Origin: Torpedo marmorata
Lineage: Eukaryota
DNA length: 64,000 bases
Assembly: GCA_977017645.1 (NCBI GenBank)
Contig: OZ360228.1
Location: 30,752,001 to 30,816,000, forward strand
Direction of reading: 5' to 3'
In this document: piece after piece, positions 63,355 through 64,000 of the stretch
How the letters are laid out: each line of letters opens with the position of its first letter
Position numbering within the stretch: the first letter of the stretch is position 1
Notes under the pieces: generated by a model
What the model was told of the DNA's origin: nothing
Databases searched by the model: none
Seen by the model: only the letters and a program-made list of their open reading frames with translations
Program-made: the position numbers and the translations under genes

Positions 63355-64000
63355 TGTTACAAATTCAAACCAGCAACGACAGAAGACGCAATGCAAAAGG
63401 GGTAAAATTGAAATTTATATTTATTAAAGACAATTAAACATATAATTTCACAACAATTAACCCCACTATAAACGTCTATAAACACTATTCTTATCTAAAA
63501 GGTGTGTGTGTGTGTGCGCGCGCGTGCGTGCGAAGCCCAGACCATTACAGTCTGTGCCTAACCCTCATGTAAAAATGAAAAACCTTCCCCAAAACCCCCA
63601 GGTCAGTCACAAAATAAGTCAGTCGCAAAAATACAGTCCACAAATATTCACTCTCTATGTTCAAGGTCCAAATTCAGCTCTGTGTGCTGGCAAGAAGGAC
63701 TTCTTAATGAACGTTGGAGAGAGACAATGACTGTTTAAGCTTACGACTGCTTGGCCTGCTTTTCTTCTCTGATGACTTTCCCTTTTGGTAGATTCACGAG
63801 GATTGCGATTCCAAATCAGTTTCAGATTGAGGCGTGTACTTGGATCTCACAGCCTGTCTCGCTGATCTCACGCCTGTTCTTCACAAAAGTTGTTTTAACT
63901 CAGGATTTTGCTGATACAGGAGGCCATGTGCTATTCTCCCAGCCTTTTCCCCTGGGATGCACAAGCCTGGATTTTGCTGTGTTCTCCAGCCTTTGCAACT
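63355..64000 (-). mobile_element. LTR related to the 29840/36592 Gmr1-like LTR family (runs off window)
   Basis: TGTTACAAATTCAAACCAGCAACGACAGAAGACGCAATGC.. homologous to 36592 onward. Confidence 0.9.

Overview
Vertebrate nuclear DNA, most likely from a cartilaginous fish (inferred from the repeat families). The window lies inside the gephyrin gene (GPHN, + strand). Six canonical AG/GT coding exons (6106-6243, 42181-42273, 42358-42413, 45469-45588, 46286-46344, 52515-52668; 620 nt) encode the end of the C-linker and the N-terminal part of the MoeA-like E domain. The introns are a dense, multiply nested retroelement landscape: CR1 LINEs with an SGNH-esterase ORF1, L1-like LINEs with ~16-bp TSDs, Rex/Babar-like LINEs, V-SINE-like tRNA SINEs, Penelope-like elements with minimal hammerhead motifs, two Gmr1-type Gypsy elements (integrase before RT), a small deleted Gypsy element, pogo-type DNA transposons and a class I endogenous retrovirus. 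Most notable: (1) a 5.1-kb ERV with apparently identical 393-bp LTRs, a gag-to-RT deletion, an open 909-codon RT-RH-IN frame and env reduced in frame to a 95-aa signal-peptide-plus-TM mini-protein; (2) a 1.7-kb fold-back Penelope insertion (~757-bp arms, 14-bp TSD, hammerhead motif in each arm), with miniature fold-backs of the same terminus elsewhere. No wholly new system can be proven from sequence alone. Boundaries of old degenerate repeats are approximate, and identities were judged by eye.
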